Positions 46,514-56,041 of a stretch of DNA of 64,000 bases are shown in pieces (within the stretch, counting starts at the first letter, position 1; every line of letters starts with the position of its first letter). A program made the translations under genes and the position numbers. The DNA comes from a virus: the IMG/VR virus record IMGVR_UViG_3300030397_000629; one strand, 5' to 3'. The notes beneath the pieces are model-generated. The model did not search any database and was not told the DNA's origin. It saw only the letters and a program-made list of their open reading frames with translations.

Positions 46514-46987
46514 ATGATTACTAAAAATAAATACCGAAAGAGAAAAAGGAAAGTCAAGAAAGGAAAGTCAGAGGTCAGCCCTTTGGCATGGTTGCTTTTT
46601 CACATGTTTGGTTATGGGTATCAGTATCTAATTGGCACAACTGCGAAAAAGAACCGGGTAAAGATCGGCTTTACTTGGAAGCTTGTAAGGCGAGTTGAGG
46701 ACATTGACAAGAGCATAAAAGGCTCAAAAGAGTATTTAATTTGTGCGGTGCGCATATTCAATGCAGAGAGCTTTGAGCGCAAGTTTATGCACAGGAAATA
46801 CAAGCATTTACGCATCACTTGGCTTGGATCAGGTAAAACAGAGTGGTTTGAGGCAAAGCAGAGTGACGTGAGCAACATGAAAGGCACAATGAAGCTTGAA
46901 GAGACAAAGCAGCAACTCTTGCTGTTGATGGCATTCGTTGCCTTTCTGTTGCTCACTGGAATGGTAAATATAATATTTTTCAAATGA
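46514..46987 (+). CDS. GIY-YIG (T5orf172-like) protein with C-terminal TM helix
   Basis: YQYLIG...VKIGFT..LVRRV...E..MH.KY...GKTEWF; hydrophobic C-terminus. Confidence 0.7.
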   Translation: MITKNKYRKRKRKVKKGKSEVSPLAWLLFHMFGYGYQYLIGTTAKKNRVKIGFTWKLVRRVEDIDKSIKGSKEYLICAVRIFNAESFERKFMHRKYKHLRITWLGSGKTEWFEAKQSDVSNMKGTMKLEETKQQLLLLMAFVAFLLLTGMVNIIFFK

Positions 46988-47010
46988 GGCTTTGATCTTA
47001 TTTTATAACC

Positions 47011-47730
47011 GTGGAAAAGAAGAAAATGAAAGTAATTCAACTTATCAAGGACGTCAGGACATGCAAGAGACTTGGCAGGCAGCCTGTAAAAACAAGGTCA
47101 TCAGGCTCAAGGGTTACACTTGGTGAGTCGGGCGGCATTTTTAATAATGATTACTCCCAAGCAAGGCAAAGAGTGCCTGACTGGATTTACAACACCCTTG
47201 TTGAATTTGGGTATTTTGATAGCCTATACGGTGACAGAATTGTTACCAAGATAAAAAGGTTTATACTTAGCTTGAGGGTGAAAGGTGTTCTTGCTTGGTA
47301 TGACTTTTGGGCTGGCATATATTTTGATCAGAAAAAGGGCAGGCTTTATTTCATGATCCCTTTTATTGGCTTTTACATATACCGAAAGCAAAAAAGTCAT
47401 TCTGATATTGTAAGTAGTTTTTTAAAAAACATAGGCATGAATGAAAAGCAATCATTTTCAGTAATGTCTAAGATTGTCGAGCAAGGGAAGTCATCAGGCA
47501 AACCAATTGTATTTGGTGACAACAATGGTGAGGGTTTTGCTGTTGTGCTGCTGCCTCAGGGATTTCAGGCACATGTTGAGCGTTTTAGCAAATATGGATC
47601 AGATGGCACTGATGAGGTCACAATGTCTTTTGAGGGTGTCAGCATGCACCGTCTTGGTGAGATTAACAAAGACGAGGCAGATCAGTTGACGGGTAATATT
47701 GGCGAAGTAACAAATAAAAAATCTGATTGA
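47011..47730 (+). CDS. hypothetical protein
   Basis: 239-aa ORF. Confidence 0.65.
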   Translation: MEKKKMKVIQLIKDVRTCKRLGRQPVKTRSSGSRVTLGESGGIFNNDYSQARQRVPDWIYNTLVEFGYFDSLYGDRIVTKIKRFILSLRVKGVLAWYDFWAGIYFDQKKGRLYFMIPFIGFYIYRKQKSHSDIVSSFLKNIGMNEKQSFSVMSKIVEQGKSSGKPIVFGDNNGEGFAVVLLPQGFQAHVERFSKYGSDGTDEVTMSFEGVSMHRLGEINKDEADQLTGNIGEVTNKKSD

Positions 47731-47731
47731 G

Positions 47732-48301
47732 ATGAAAGCACAACCAACGGATTACAGAGGCATAACATTCAGGTCAAAAAGTGAGGCAATACTTGCAAGG
47801 TGCTTTGACCTCATCACATCAGCACCCGGCACCCGGCTGCACATTTGGGAATATGAGCCTGCAATGCTTTACCTCAATGCAGACAAGTACACACCTGACT
47901 TTTTCCTCAATGACATTTATGCTTGCTCAAATGTAAATAACAGAATTGTTATTGAATACAAACCAAGCAAGCCGTCAAAGTCTTACATGCAAAAACTCTC
48001 AAGGCATGCAAATGACATATACAAGATTGCAAATCCTTTTGAGATTGACTTTATTCTGTTGACATTTAACCCTTTCAGCAAGAGTGTTGAGCGCACTGCA
48101 ACTGTGTTCATGAAAAGCGTAAACAAAGAAAATTATGTCATGCCTTTGAGTGACTTTGGCATTACAGATGAGATAATAAGCGAGGCGGCAAAATTCAGGT
48201 TTGACCTCAGCGATGAGGAAAGGCAAGAATTGTTTGAGCATCAAATGCAAGAGACAATGAAGAAAAACGAATTTTTACAATATCAGTCAATAAATAATTA
48301 A
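47732..48301 (+). CDS. PD-(D/E)XK restriction-endonuclease-like nuclease
   Basis: TDYRGITFRSKSEA...WEYEP...YTPDF...IEYKP. Confidence 0.8.
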   Translation: MKAQPTDYRGITFRSKSEAILARCFDLITSAPGTRLHIWEYEPAMLYLNADKYTPDFFLNDIYACSNVNNRIVIEYKPSKPSKSYMQKLSRHANDIYKIANPFEIDFILLTFNPFSKSVERTATVFMKSVNKENYVMPLSDFGITDEIISEAAKFRFDLSDEERQELFEHQMQETMKKNEFLQYQSINN

Positions 48302-48306
48302 CCGTT

Positions 48307-48885
48307 ATGAATGCTATCACAGAGGAAAGACTTGCTCAATTAATGGATCAAAAGACCGAAATAACCAAAGAGGTCATTGATGAAATTTTGCGCTCATTTA
48401 AGCACGGCGAACAAAACCACAATGTTTTTGTTTGGCTCGCAATCATAGGCGAGGAAAAAGGCGAGGCTGACCAAGCTGCATTGCAGGCTTATTTTGAGCA
48501 CAGCAAAGGCGTCACATTGTTTGACCTGAGAAAAGAATTGATACAGGTTGCATGCACCTCAATAAAGGCAATTGCAAGCCTTGACCGCAATGAGTTGCAA
48601 GGTTTATCTGAAACTGATTTTGCTGACCCTGAGCCGCTGAAAAATGAGAAACTACCAAATGCATTGATTAGAAGCGCAAAGCTGTTTGACCAACAGGCAG
48701 TTGACCAAACATTTGAAAACTTATTGAATCCTACTAACGAGGCTATTTATGACCGCCTCACGGTCTTTAAGCTATTAAATAGCTTTGCGCATTGGGTTGG
48801 CGAAAAATACAGCATTCAAGACACTTACTCAATAAATGCTGATGACATTCTTGAATACATAGAATCTGAAACAAATGAGGGTTAA
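48307..48885 (+). CDS. MazG-like nucleotide pyrophosphohydrolase domain protein
   Basis: WLAIIGEEKGEA...LRKELIQVAC motif. Confidence 0.65.
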   Translation: MNAITEERLAQLMDQKTEITKEVIDEILRSFKHGEQNHNVFVWLAIIGEEKGEADQAALQAYFEHSKGVTLFDLRKELIQVACTSIKAIASLDRNELQGLSETDFADPEPLKNEKLPNALIRSAKLFDQQAVDQTFENLLNPTNEAIYDRLTVFKLLNSFAHWVGEKYSIQDTYSINADDILEYIESETNEG

Positions 48886-49525
48886 AAAGGTGTCTTTATA
48901 CGATAAATACAAGCATTACTGCACACCTGACTCAAAAGAGATTGCACGGTGCCTTGAGCGGGTGAGGCGTGAAATGCTCACGGGTGAGCCTGAAACTGAG
49001 TTGAGGCTTGCCTTGACTCTTTCCGGTTACATGAAAAACAATTACCCTAACCTTGAATTTAGGTTTGATTATGCCGGTTTGAGCACAGCGAAAAAAGGCA
49101 GAAACGGTTTGATTGCAGAGAGCGTGCAAAGCAAGATAATGAAAACCCTAAACAAGCGTAAAGGTTGGCCTGACTTTGAGTTGTTTCTCTCAAACTCATC
49201 TTATACAGGTTTGGTGCTTGAGCTTAAAAGAGACGGTGAGAAAATAAGGCGATCACAGGACGCTAAGCAGGGTTTAATTACTCACTACAATTACATAGGA
49301 AAGAATAAGAATAGGACAAGGGTGCCTGTTAGAGAGGTCAGAATTAGAAAGGCGGGCGATTACAAAGATTTGCACATAGAAGAGCAGGCAGAGTGCCTGA
49401 TGATTCACTCAGGTACATCAGGAAAGGCGGCAGGCTTTACAGTTGGCCTTGAGCGCACGCTTGTTGCTCTTGAGGCTTATATCAATGGACAGTTTCAGTT
49501 ATTAAATCACGTTATTGAAATTTAA
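48875..49525 (+). CDS. VRR-NUC family nuclease (resolvase-like)
   Basis: KGWPDFELF...GLVLELK...EQAE..., GFTVG. Confidence 0.75.
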   Translation: MRVKKVSLYDKYKHYCTPDSKEIARCLERVRREMLTGEPETELRLALTLSGYMKNNYPNLEFRFDYAGLSTAKKGRNGLIAESVQSKIMKTLNKRKGWPDFELFLSNSSYTGLVLELKRDGEKIRRSQDAKQGLITHYNYIGKNKNRTRVPVREVRIRKAGDYKDLHIEEQAECLMIHSGTSGKAAGFTVGLERTLVALEAYINGQFQLLNHVIEI

Positions 49526-49530
49526 CGGTT

Positions 49531-49917
49531 ATGTTTCTTTTAATGGCTCTTTTAAAGATTGGCATTGTTTTCTGCATTGCTTACACCTTTGCAAATTTAC
49601 TTGAGAAAGTATTGCCATTTAAAACCAGTTATTCAACCGATCAAAACCCGGCAAAGTCTCATCAATTGTTTCTTGACAACCGTGACAAGGGTTGGCATGA
49701 TTCCTTTACGGTTAAGGAAATAGAAGAGTTTAAATTTTCTTATCCAACAAATGCTGATTTCAAGGAATGGCAAAAGTTGCAGAAATTAGGTAACTTGCAA
49801 GGCGTTAGCAATGAGAGTTTTATTATTTGGTACAGATTGAAAAAAGGTTACCCTATCAATGAAAGAGTCATCAACTCAGAAAGACAAAAAGGCAAGACAA
49901 TTGAGTTTGAAACTTAG
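49531..49917 (+). CDS. hypothetical protein with N-terminal TM helix
   Basis: 128-aa ORF, motif abutting ATG. Confidence 0.65.
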   Translation: MFLLMALLKIGIVFCIAYTFANLLEKVLPFKTSYSTDQNPAKSHQLFLDNRDKGWHDSFTVKEIEEFKFSYPTNADFKEWQKLQKLGNLQGVSNESFIIWYRLKKGYPINERVINSERQKGKTIEFET

Positions 49918-49986
49918 CTATCTTCAAAAGCAAGCTCTTGCGAATGATGCAAAAATAAAATTGCTCATCCACAAAAAGAGCAGCAG

Positions 49987-50040
49987 GTAACAAAATTGTT
50001 TTATTTTTGTTGCTATTATTAGTAATTATTACTAAATTGC
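49987..50040 (+). promoter_or_regulatory. promoter of recombination operon with both operator types
   Basis: GTAACA-AAAT-TGTTTT (49987-50002), TTG(50010) 20 nt before TAAATTGC, GTAAT-T-ATTAC (50022-50032) in spacer. Confidence 0.7.
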
Positions 50041-50223
50041 AATTGAAACACTAAAGAAGTGGCTCAAAGCTTTTAATATCCGGTTGAATTTCAATGAGCC
50101 TGCCGGTAAGCCCGGCAAAGTTGCGCACTTTAAACAAAAGAAAAATACCGGACGCGTAGTTAATGCCGGGCATCGCAATTGGCCCGGCATTGGCAATTTT
50201 CAAACAAACCTTTTAAAAGAACG

Positions 50224-51009
50224 ATGAAAGAGAATCAATTTCAAGCAATGACCGCTGACCTTGAGAGCGGGCAATTTAACCTACCTGTTGCACTTGAGCA
50301 GTTCAATAACCTGCTAAATGAGAAGCCGCCAAAAGAAGTGATACAAACAAGAGAGGTCGGCAACGGGCGAAACAAAAGAGTTATTCAATACCTACCAATT
50401 GACTATGTGCAAAAGCGGCTCATTACAATCTTTGGCGGTTATCAGACTCTAAACTTTCGTACTCAAACAATAATGAATGAGGTTGTTGGCGCTGTTGACC
50501 TTGTGGTTTTTCATCCTGTTTTTAAAAAATTTATGACTCATCAAGGCGCTGCTGCTGTAATGATACAACAATGGTCAGGCGCAAAGCCTGATGAGGTTGA
50601 AAAGAAGTACCACAACGCTTTAGAGGGCGGTTACCCGCATTTGCTATCAGACTGCATTGTTAATGCTGCTAAAAAATGGGGTGACACTTTCGGCGGATAT
50701 TTCAACAGAAAGCATGCTTTTGAATATCAGCCGGTTTACCTAAACAGTGCGGCACAATTATCTGAGGCGAAAGAGGCAATTTCAATGCTTGAAAAAAGTG
50801 CTCATGCGCTCAAGGTTTACAAAAAGCAGGTTGACGGCATGACCTTTTTGAAATTAAAAAATGACGGCACCAAGTTCTTTGATGCCATTGTCAAAGAGGC
50901 GGTGCTTGTTCAGGGTGACATGATTGACCTGAAAAATTACACCCGCTCAAGATATGATGCGCTCAACCCGTCAAGAGCTATTGACTCACCTGAAAAAAAC
51001 AGCAAATGA
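50224..51009 (+). CDS. single-strand annealing protein, Rad52/Sak-like
   Basis: LNEKPP...YLPIDYVQ.RL..IFG, DCIVNAAKKWG..FG..FNRK; adjacent to exonuclease. Confidence 0.7.
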   Translation: MKENQFQAMTADLESGQFNLPVALEQFNNLLNEKPPKEVIQTREVGNGRNKRVIQYLPIDYVQKRLITIFGGYQTLNFRTQTIMNEVVGAVDLVVFHPVFKKFMTHQGAAAVMIQQWSGAKPDEVEKKYHNALEGGYPHLLSDCIVNAAKKWGDTFGGYFNRKHAFEYQPVYLNSAAQLSEAKEAISMLEKSAHALKVYKKQVDGMTFLKLKNDGTKFFDAIVKEAVLVQGDMIDLKNYTRSRYDALNPSRAIDSPEKNSK

Positions 51010-51905
51010 AAAAGCGCATTCACTCAGACAAGGGACTTGTAAAGCCGTCTTACAGTCCCTCAAGGCTCACCAACTTTTTCAGGTGCCCTTATTCCTTTTA
51101 CTTGTCTCAGCATTGGCAGCCTGAGTTTGGAGCAAGCACAATGAAAAACATGAGGCTTGGCAGACTCTTTGAGGGTTACGTTTTTGGATTCAAAAAGGAC
51201 ACTGAAAAGGCGCTCATTGGCAGGATGAAAAAGCCAACAATTGACATCATAAAAAGGCAAGCGAGTCCTGTTAAACAGGTTTTCAGAGCGCCAATGCGCA
51301 ACAGTTATGTTTGGTTGCAGCATGAGTTTGACAGTTTTGTTGTGCGCGGTGAGGCTGACTTTATTGGCTCACTGAGGCTTGACCTGCTCACTGAGTTGAT
51401 ACTTGAAACTGACAGAGATGTTATTGACAAGATACCGACCGGAAAAATAATAACAGATTTAAAATACACTGCTGATATTGGCAGAGTTTGGGATTATAAA
51501 GGCAGTAACAAAGAGGATTATTTGCAGGCATCCTTTTACCCTTGGTTATACTGGAAAGAGTACGGTAAAATATTGCCTTTCGTTTACATGGTTGTTGAAT
51601 CGAATTATGAAAGGCCAATTGTTAGGTTTATTCATGTTGAGGTCAATGAGGCTGTTTTTGAGTGGCTTGAGGACATGTTGTACCATATTGACAGCACCAT
51701 TTACTTTGAGCCTCATGCGAGCAAGGAAAACTGTCTTTCTGGCTTTAATCAAGCAAGGTGTGCTTTCATGGATAAGTGCGAGCACGGCAGGGCTATTGTT
51801 GGCGGTTACAGGCATATTGATCTTGAGACCCTGACAACTCAGATAACCGTGAGGTTAGACAAAAAGAAAGTTGAGGAAATTGAGGATGCTATTTTAATAA
51901 AATAA
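51006..51905 (+). CDS. PD-(D/E)XK exonuclease (Cas4/RecE-like)
   Basis: YSPSRL..F.RCP, GEAD, TDLK, LQASFY, C-terminal Cys cluster. Confidence 0.75.
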   Translation: MKKRIHSDKGLVKPSYSPSRLTNFFRCPYSFYLSQHWQPEFGASTMKNMRLGRLFEGYVFGFKKDTEKALIGRMKKPTIDIIKRQASPVKQVFRAPMRNSYVWLQHEFDSFVVRGEADFIGSLRLDLLTELILETDRDVIDKIPTGKIITDLKYTADIGRVWDYKGSNKEDYLQASFYPWLYWKEYGKILPFVYMVVESNYERPIVRFIHVEVNEAVFEWLEDMLYHIDSTIYFEPHASKENCLSGFNQARCAFMDKCEHGRAIVGGYRHIDLETLTTQITVRLDKKKVEEIEDAILIK

Positions 51906-51960
51906 CCTGAGGCGGTGGCACTGCCCTTTGGTGCTGCCGCCAATAAATAACCGTTAAACA

Positions 51961-52323
51961 ATGGCAAGAGTAACATGGAATAATACAATGAAAAACCCGT
52001 GCAAGGCATGTCCTTTCAAAAAGGACTCAGCACCCGGTTGGCTTGGCGGCGTTTGGACGGCTCAAGGGTTGCACATATATATCATGCAAGAGAATCCTTT
52101 TGCATGTCATAAGACAATACCAGAAAACCAAGAGGATGACCATGAGCTTGAGCACTGTGTTGGCTCAATACTGTATATGAATAAAAACGCAAAGCGTTGC
52201 AGTCATAACGAAAAGCTTGCAGACTTGCAGCTTGCCTTTAAGGACTATGAAAACATTGACGATATACTTGGCTTGAAAGAGTTTTTTGAAAGGCATAAGA
52301 ATGCCGAAATAATGAAATTTTAA
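51961..52323 (+). CDS. Cys-rich DUF6283-like protein (paralog of 45205-45504)
   Basis: PCKACPFKKD..GWLG...FACHKT...HCVG. Confidence 0.65.
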   Translation: MARVTWNNTMKNPCKACPFKKDSAPGWLGGVWTAQGLHIYIMQENPFACHKTIPENQEDDHELEHCVGSILYMNKNAKRCSHNEKLADLQLAFKDYENIDDILGLKEFFERHKNAEIMKF

Positions 52324-52327
52324 TATA

Positions 52328-52711
52328 ATGGCACAATTGCATTTACTCAACACTGTTGGTTGTGGTCTTGAGCTTGAGCCGCCAAGACCTCATTTTCATT
52401 ATCCAAACAAGCAAAACCTTAGCGCATCAGGTGCTCTTGACGAGCTTGAGAAAATGCTCAATTTGTACGTTGATGACCTTGTTGACTATGAGCTTGGTAT
52501 TTATTCGCATACAAGGTCATTTAACAGAATTTATGCGCGTGGGATAATGAGAATGAGTTGCACGCTTGGTGAGCCTCTTGCGGTTGTTCTTGCAAATATC
52601 GTTTTGTCGGGTGATCATTTAGAGGTGCAGCAATACTTTGATATTGATTTTGGCAGATTGGGCAGAGGCAGAACGATGACAACAGATATTAAAATAATAA
52701 GAAATTACTGA
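52328..52711 (+). CDS. hypothetical protein
   Basis: 127-aa ORF. Confidence 0.6.
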   Translation: MAQLHLLNTVGCGLELEPPRPHFHYPNKQNLSASGALDELEKMLNLYVDDLVDYELGIYSHTRSFNRIYARGIMRMSCTLGEPLAVVLANIVLSGDHLEVQQYFDIDFGRLGRGRTMTTDIKIIRNY

Positions 52712-53232
52712 TGAAAAAGATTGAGTTTTCTTTCAATAGAAATGAGTTGATTAACCTAATAGATGTACTTGACCCTGACACAATTGAATTTCAACACGGC
52801 AAGATAATACTGCACAATGCCTTGCATTCTCAAAAGGCAGAGGTTGTTGCGGTGACAAATGTTTCACCTGATAGCAATGAGGGTGCTTTCTTATTTGGCA
52901 GGACTCATTTAGGTGCATTGAAAGTGCAAGGTGCAAGCTTTTCAAAGAATCAGATTTTACAGGGCTTTATGAGTGACAGAAATGTTACAGTGAGAGGCTT
53001 TTTAAATTCAAACTTTTCACCAACACTTGCAGCGCCGCCCGTTAATCCTTACTTAAAGGCAGGTGAAAAAGTAACATACACACCTGACAGAGGTGAGAGC
53101 GCAAAGGGAATAATTAAAGAAATAATAGGCATCAAGGCTGTTGTTGTTTTCAACTGTCCTGATTGGTCGAAATACCAAGATCATGAGGGCGAAGAGGTAA
53201 ACACTTACTGCCTTTCATCAGGTTGGCAATAA
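52711..53232 (+). CDS. hypothetical protein
   Basis: 173-aa ORF, SH3-like C-terminus. Confidence 0.65.
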   Translation: MKKIEFSFNRNELINLIDVLDPDTIEFQHGKIILHNALHSQKAEVVAVTNVSPDSNEGAFLFGRTHLGALKVQGASFSKNQILQGFMSDRNVTVRGFLNSNFSPTLAAPPVNPYLKAGEKVTYTPDRGESAKGIIKEIIGIKAVVVFNCPDWSKYQDHEGEEVNTYCLSSGWQ

Positions 53233-53410
53233 AGATGTAACTGTTTAGATGCCGGTTTGCTGGCACTGTGCTGGCAGACCGGAATTTTAAACACCAAGCT
53301 TTTAAGTTTTAGACATGAATTTTTCAGAGGCAGGTGTCCAATGTTGTAGCACTGGCACCTGCATTTTTTAACATTTAATTTTACTCATTCATAATTTAAC
53401 GGTTAAGAAA

Positions 53411-53557
53411 ATGAGCACAAAGAAAATACTCAAAGAAGCATTTACAAGAGGCTTTATAATAAAGTTGTCAATAATAACAATACTGACATTTGTGTTAGCT
53501 TTTTGGTTTTTTGGTTACACTGACCTTGGCAGGTCTCTTGTCAGAATGACTATTTGA
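53411..53557 (+). CDS. small membrane protein (48 aa)
   Basis: read manually: MSTKKILKEAFTRGFIIKLSIITILTFVLAFWFFG...; motif upstream. Confidence 0.55.
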   Translation: MSTKKILKEAFTRGFIIKLSIITILTFVLAFWFFGYTDLGRSLVRMTI

Positions 53558-53633
53558 CTTTGTGCGCTCTTTTTTAGTAACTTTGTTGTTATACAACGCT
53601 TTTCAGTATAGCATTTAAAATTGATCCTTTACA

Positions 53634-53957
53634 ATGGCAAAAAATACAAGCGCACTTGCTCAGTCATATCAACTGCAATACTTGAGAGAGCAGTCAGAAA
53701 GAGAAAGTGAGGCATGCCCTGACTCAGAGGTGACAATGATGTTATCAGGCACAGTGTTTGAGCAGATGGTTGCAAGGGCAGAAAAATCGAAAGCTTGGAA
53801 AAGATTTTTATGGATGAGTGAGCCGACCTTTCACAGGGTTTGCAGAGAGCAAGGCGTTTACACTGGCACATACCTTGCAAGGTGCGAGCACGCGAGAAAC
53901 AGCCCTCACGCATTTCTTGGCAGAATAAATGGAATAAAGATTATATTATTTAAATAA
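53634..53957 (+). CDS. hypothetical protein
   Basis: 107-aa ORF. Confidence 0.6.
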   Translation: MAKNTSALAQSYQLQYLREQSERESEACPDSEVTMMLSGTVFEQMVARAEKSKAWKRFLWMSEPTFHRVCREQGVYTGTYLARCEHARNSPHAFLGRINGIKIILFK

Positions 53958-53962
53958 CCGTT

Positions 53963-54109
53963 ATGAATAAAACAGCAAATTACATTCTATCACTTTTATT
54001 TTACATCGTTGTTGCCTTGCTCGCGGTTCACTTTGCTCAAGAGCGTAAGAAACAAAACGCTGAGCCGGTGAAAATTGAGTCAGGCAAAATTGATTTACTT
54101 AACCGTTAA
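53963..54109 (+). CDS. small membrane protein (48 aa)
   Basis: read manually: MNKTANYILSLLFYIVVALLAVHFAQ...; motif abuts ATG. Confidence 0.55.
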   Translation: MNKTANYILSLLFYIVVALLAVHFAQERKKQNAEPVKIESGKIDLLNR

Positions 54110-54123
54110 ACCATCCATTTATT

Positions 54124-54609
54124 ATGCATGTACTCAGGTATTTAATACTGACATTTTTCTCTCTTTCCTGCCTGCTCTTTTGGTCTGCATTTCTCACGGC
54201 AGGTTACTATGCTTTAAAGCAGGCGCAAAAGACAGAGGTTATTTACTACGACGATTCAGGCAGCGGCATCTTTGATGCTGACAACAATTCCTTTGAAATA
54301 CAAACTGCTGATTTTTCAATTGATGACTTTGAGCAGGGTGTTGATAAGGGAATTATGGATCATGTTGCAGACGGCGAAACAATAACATTTATTGATGACT
54401 ACATTGAGATTAATGACGGCAGCACTGTTGAGCTTGACCTTGATGACATTTATTTTGAACTTCCTGACATGCCTGCTGCCGAGCCTGCTGACGGTCAAAT
54501 ATTATTTTGGAATGGCACAAGCTGGCAATATTCAGAGGTGATTGTGATTGAGAAAGGTGAGTCATTCACTTTTGAGAGCGGTGAAACTATTTCAAATCAA
54601 AACCCTTAG
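54124..54609 (+). CDS. membrane-anchored acidic protein with fibre-type repeat
   Basis: N-terminal TM, Asp/Glu-rich body, PADGQILFWNGTSW motif. Confidence 0.6.
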   Translation: MHVLRYLILTFFSLSCLLFWSAFLTAGYYALKQAQKTEVIYYDDSGSGIFDADNNSFEIQTADFSIDDFEQGVDKGIMDHVADGETITFIDDYIEINDGSTVELDLDDIYFELPDMPAAEPADGQILFWNGTSWQYSEVIVIEKGESFTFESGETISNQNP

Positions 54610-54611
54610 TC

Positions 54612-55094
54612 ATGATACCCGGCTTTACTGAGCACACTGCCAAGCTAAATGATGAAGAGAAAAGGCTTGCAGAGCGTCTTGCCTTAACCCTCAACACAAG
54701 GGTTGGCAAGGACATGGCAATAACAAATGCCAGAATAAGAAAGCTCATCTTGGAAAAGGCTGACAAAAAAGTTGATGACTCAAGAGTGCGTAAAATGATC
54801 AACTATATTCGATGGCAAAACCTATGTGACGGCATATTGATTGGCAGCAATAAAGGGTATTATGTCACTCAAAACCTTGAAGAGGCAAAAGAGGGATTGC
54901 ACGCGCTCAGAGAGCGGCACCTTGCAATGATAGCTACATACGGAACAATGAAAGAGCTTTTTAGGCATTACTTTGGGTCAGACCCCTACCCTGAGGACAA
55001 TTTAAAGGTTTACATAAAAGGAAAATGTGCCTCAATTGGCTCAGATTATACGTACAATAATAACATCGTTAGGATATTAACCAAAACAAAGTAA
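54612..55094 (+). CDS. winged-helix DNA-binding protein
   Basis: DSRVRKMINYIR...IGSNKGYY..QN.EE wHTH pattern of Bacteroidota phages. Confidence 0.6.
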   Translation: MIPGFTEHTAKLNDEEKRLAERLALTLNTRVGKDMAITNARIRKLILEKADKKVDDSRVRKMINYIRWQNLCDGILIGSNKGYYVTQNLEEAKEGLHALRERHLAMIATYGTMKELFRHYFGSDPYPEDNLKVYIKGKCASIGSDYTYNNNIVRILTKTK

Positions 55095-55097
55095 CAA

Positions 55098-55238
55098 ATG
55101 CAATTAGCATTCACTTTATTACAGGTTGCACTTGTTCTGCTTGGTGCGGTTGTTGCGCTCAAGTTTTTCAACGGGTTTCTCAACAAATACGGCACCAAGA
55201 AAAACAAGAATTGTTGCGGGCCTTGCCCTCCTATTTAA
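55098..55238 (+). CDS. small membrane protein with Cys-rich tail (46 aa)
   Basis: read manually: TM helix then KKNKNCCGPCPPI. Confidence 0.55.
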   Translation: MQLAFTLLQVALVLLGAVVALKFFNGFLNKYGTKKNKNCCGPCPPI

Positions 55239-55334
55239 CCGTTAAAAATGCCGCCCGCTCATTACAAGCATGCTGGCCTCATGCGGTCTTGAGAACAACG
55301 GGCGGCAATAAAAACAAGCACTAAACAAACACTC

Positions 55335-55922
55335 ATGAGCAAAAAAATTACCTACACTCACAGACCTTTTACTCAGTACGCATTGCCCCCAAGAGTACTT
55401 TTTAACAACTCTGAGAAAGACGTCTTTATTTCCTTTTCTCTTTCGCCTGCATTGATCTTGCTAAACAGCACACCTGACAGAGCAGATTGGTTGAAACTTT
55501 ACGGTTATTCATTTCACATGTTCACAAATCACAAGAACAGTTTTATGATTGCATTTCGATGGAATCAAGACAGAGAGCTTTTTGACATCACTGCTTACTT
55601 TCACAGAAACGGCATTGTCATCAAGGGATTTGAGAACAAGGAAAGCCTGAGTAATTTAGACACCATTTACAACCCGGCTGAGGTCATGGGTTGGGTTGGC
55701 TACGGCAAAGAGTGTGTTGTCAGATTTGTACAGGACTATGACGGCGGCAATTTTGGCATAAAGCTCATTGAAGGATTTGACGAAATAAGGCAGCCTGAGA
55801 GCGTCATAAAATTTGACGAGTACAGGAAGCTCAAAAGAATAATAAACCCGCACCACGGCGGCAGCATCAAGCCTGAGAGGTATGCAAAGCACAGGTTTAA
55901 ATGTTGGCGCTCGCTTAATTAG
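55335..55922 (+). CDS. hypothetical protein
   Basis: 195-aa ORF. Confidence 0.7.
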   Translation: MSKKITYTHRPFTQYALPPRVLFNNSEKDVFISFSLSPALILLNSTPDRADWLKLYGYSFHMFTNHKNSFMIAFRWNQDRELFDITAYFHRNGIVIKGFENKESLSNLDTIYNPAEVMGWVGYGKECVVRFVQDYDGGNFGIKLIEGFDEIRQPESVIKFDEYRKLKRIINPHHGGSIKPERYAKHRFKCWRSLN

Positions 55923-56041
55923 CACTTAATTCTCAATTAAATCACAGTTAAATACCTGAAACCAGTTATTTTCACTTGATAGTTTCCGGGCAATTACTTA
56001 CTTTCATATCAGTTTTCATTTGGTTTTTTGGGGTTATACAG

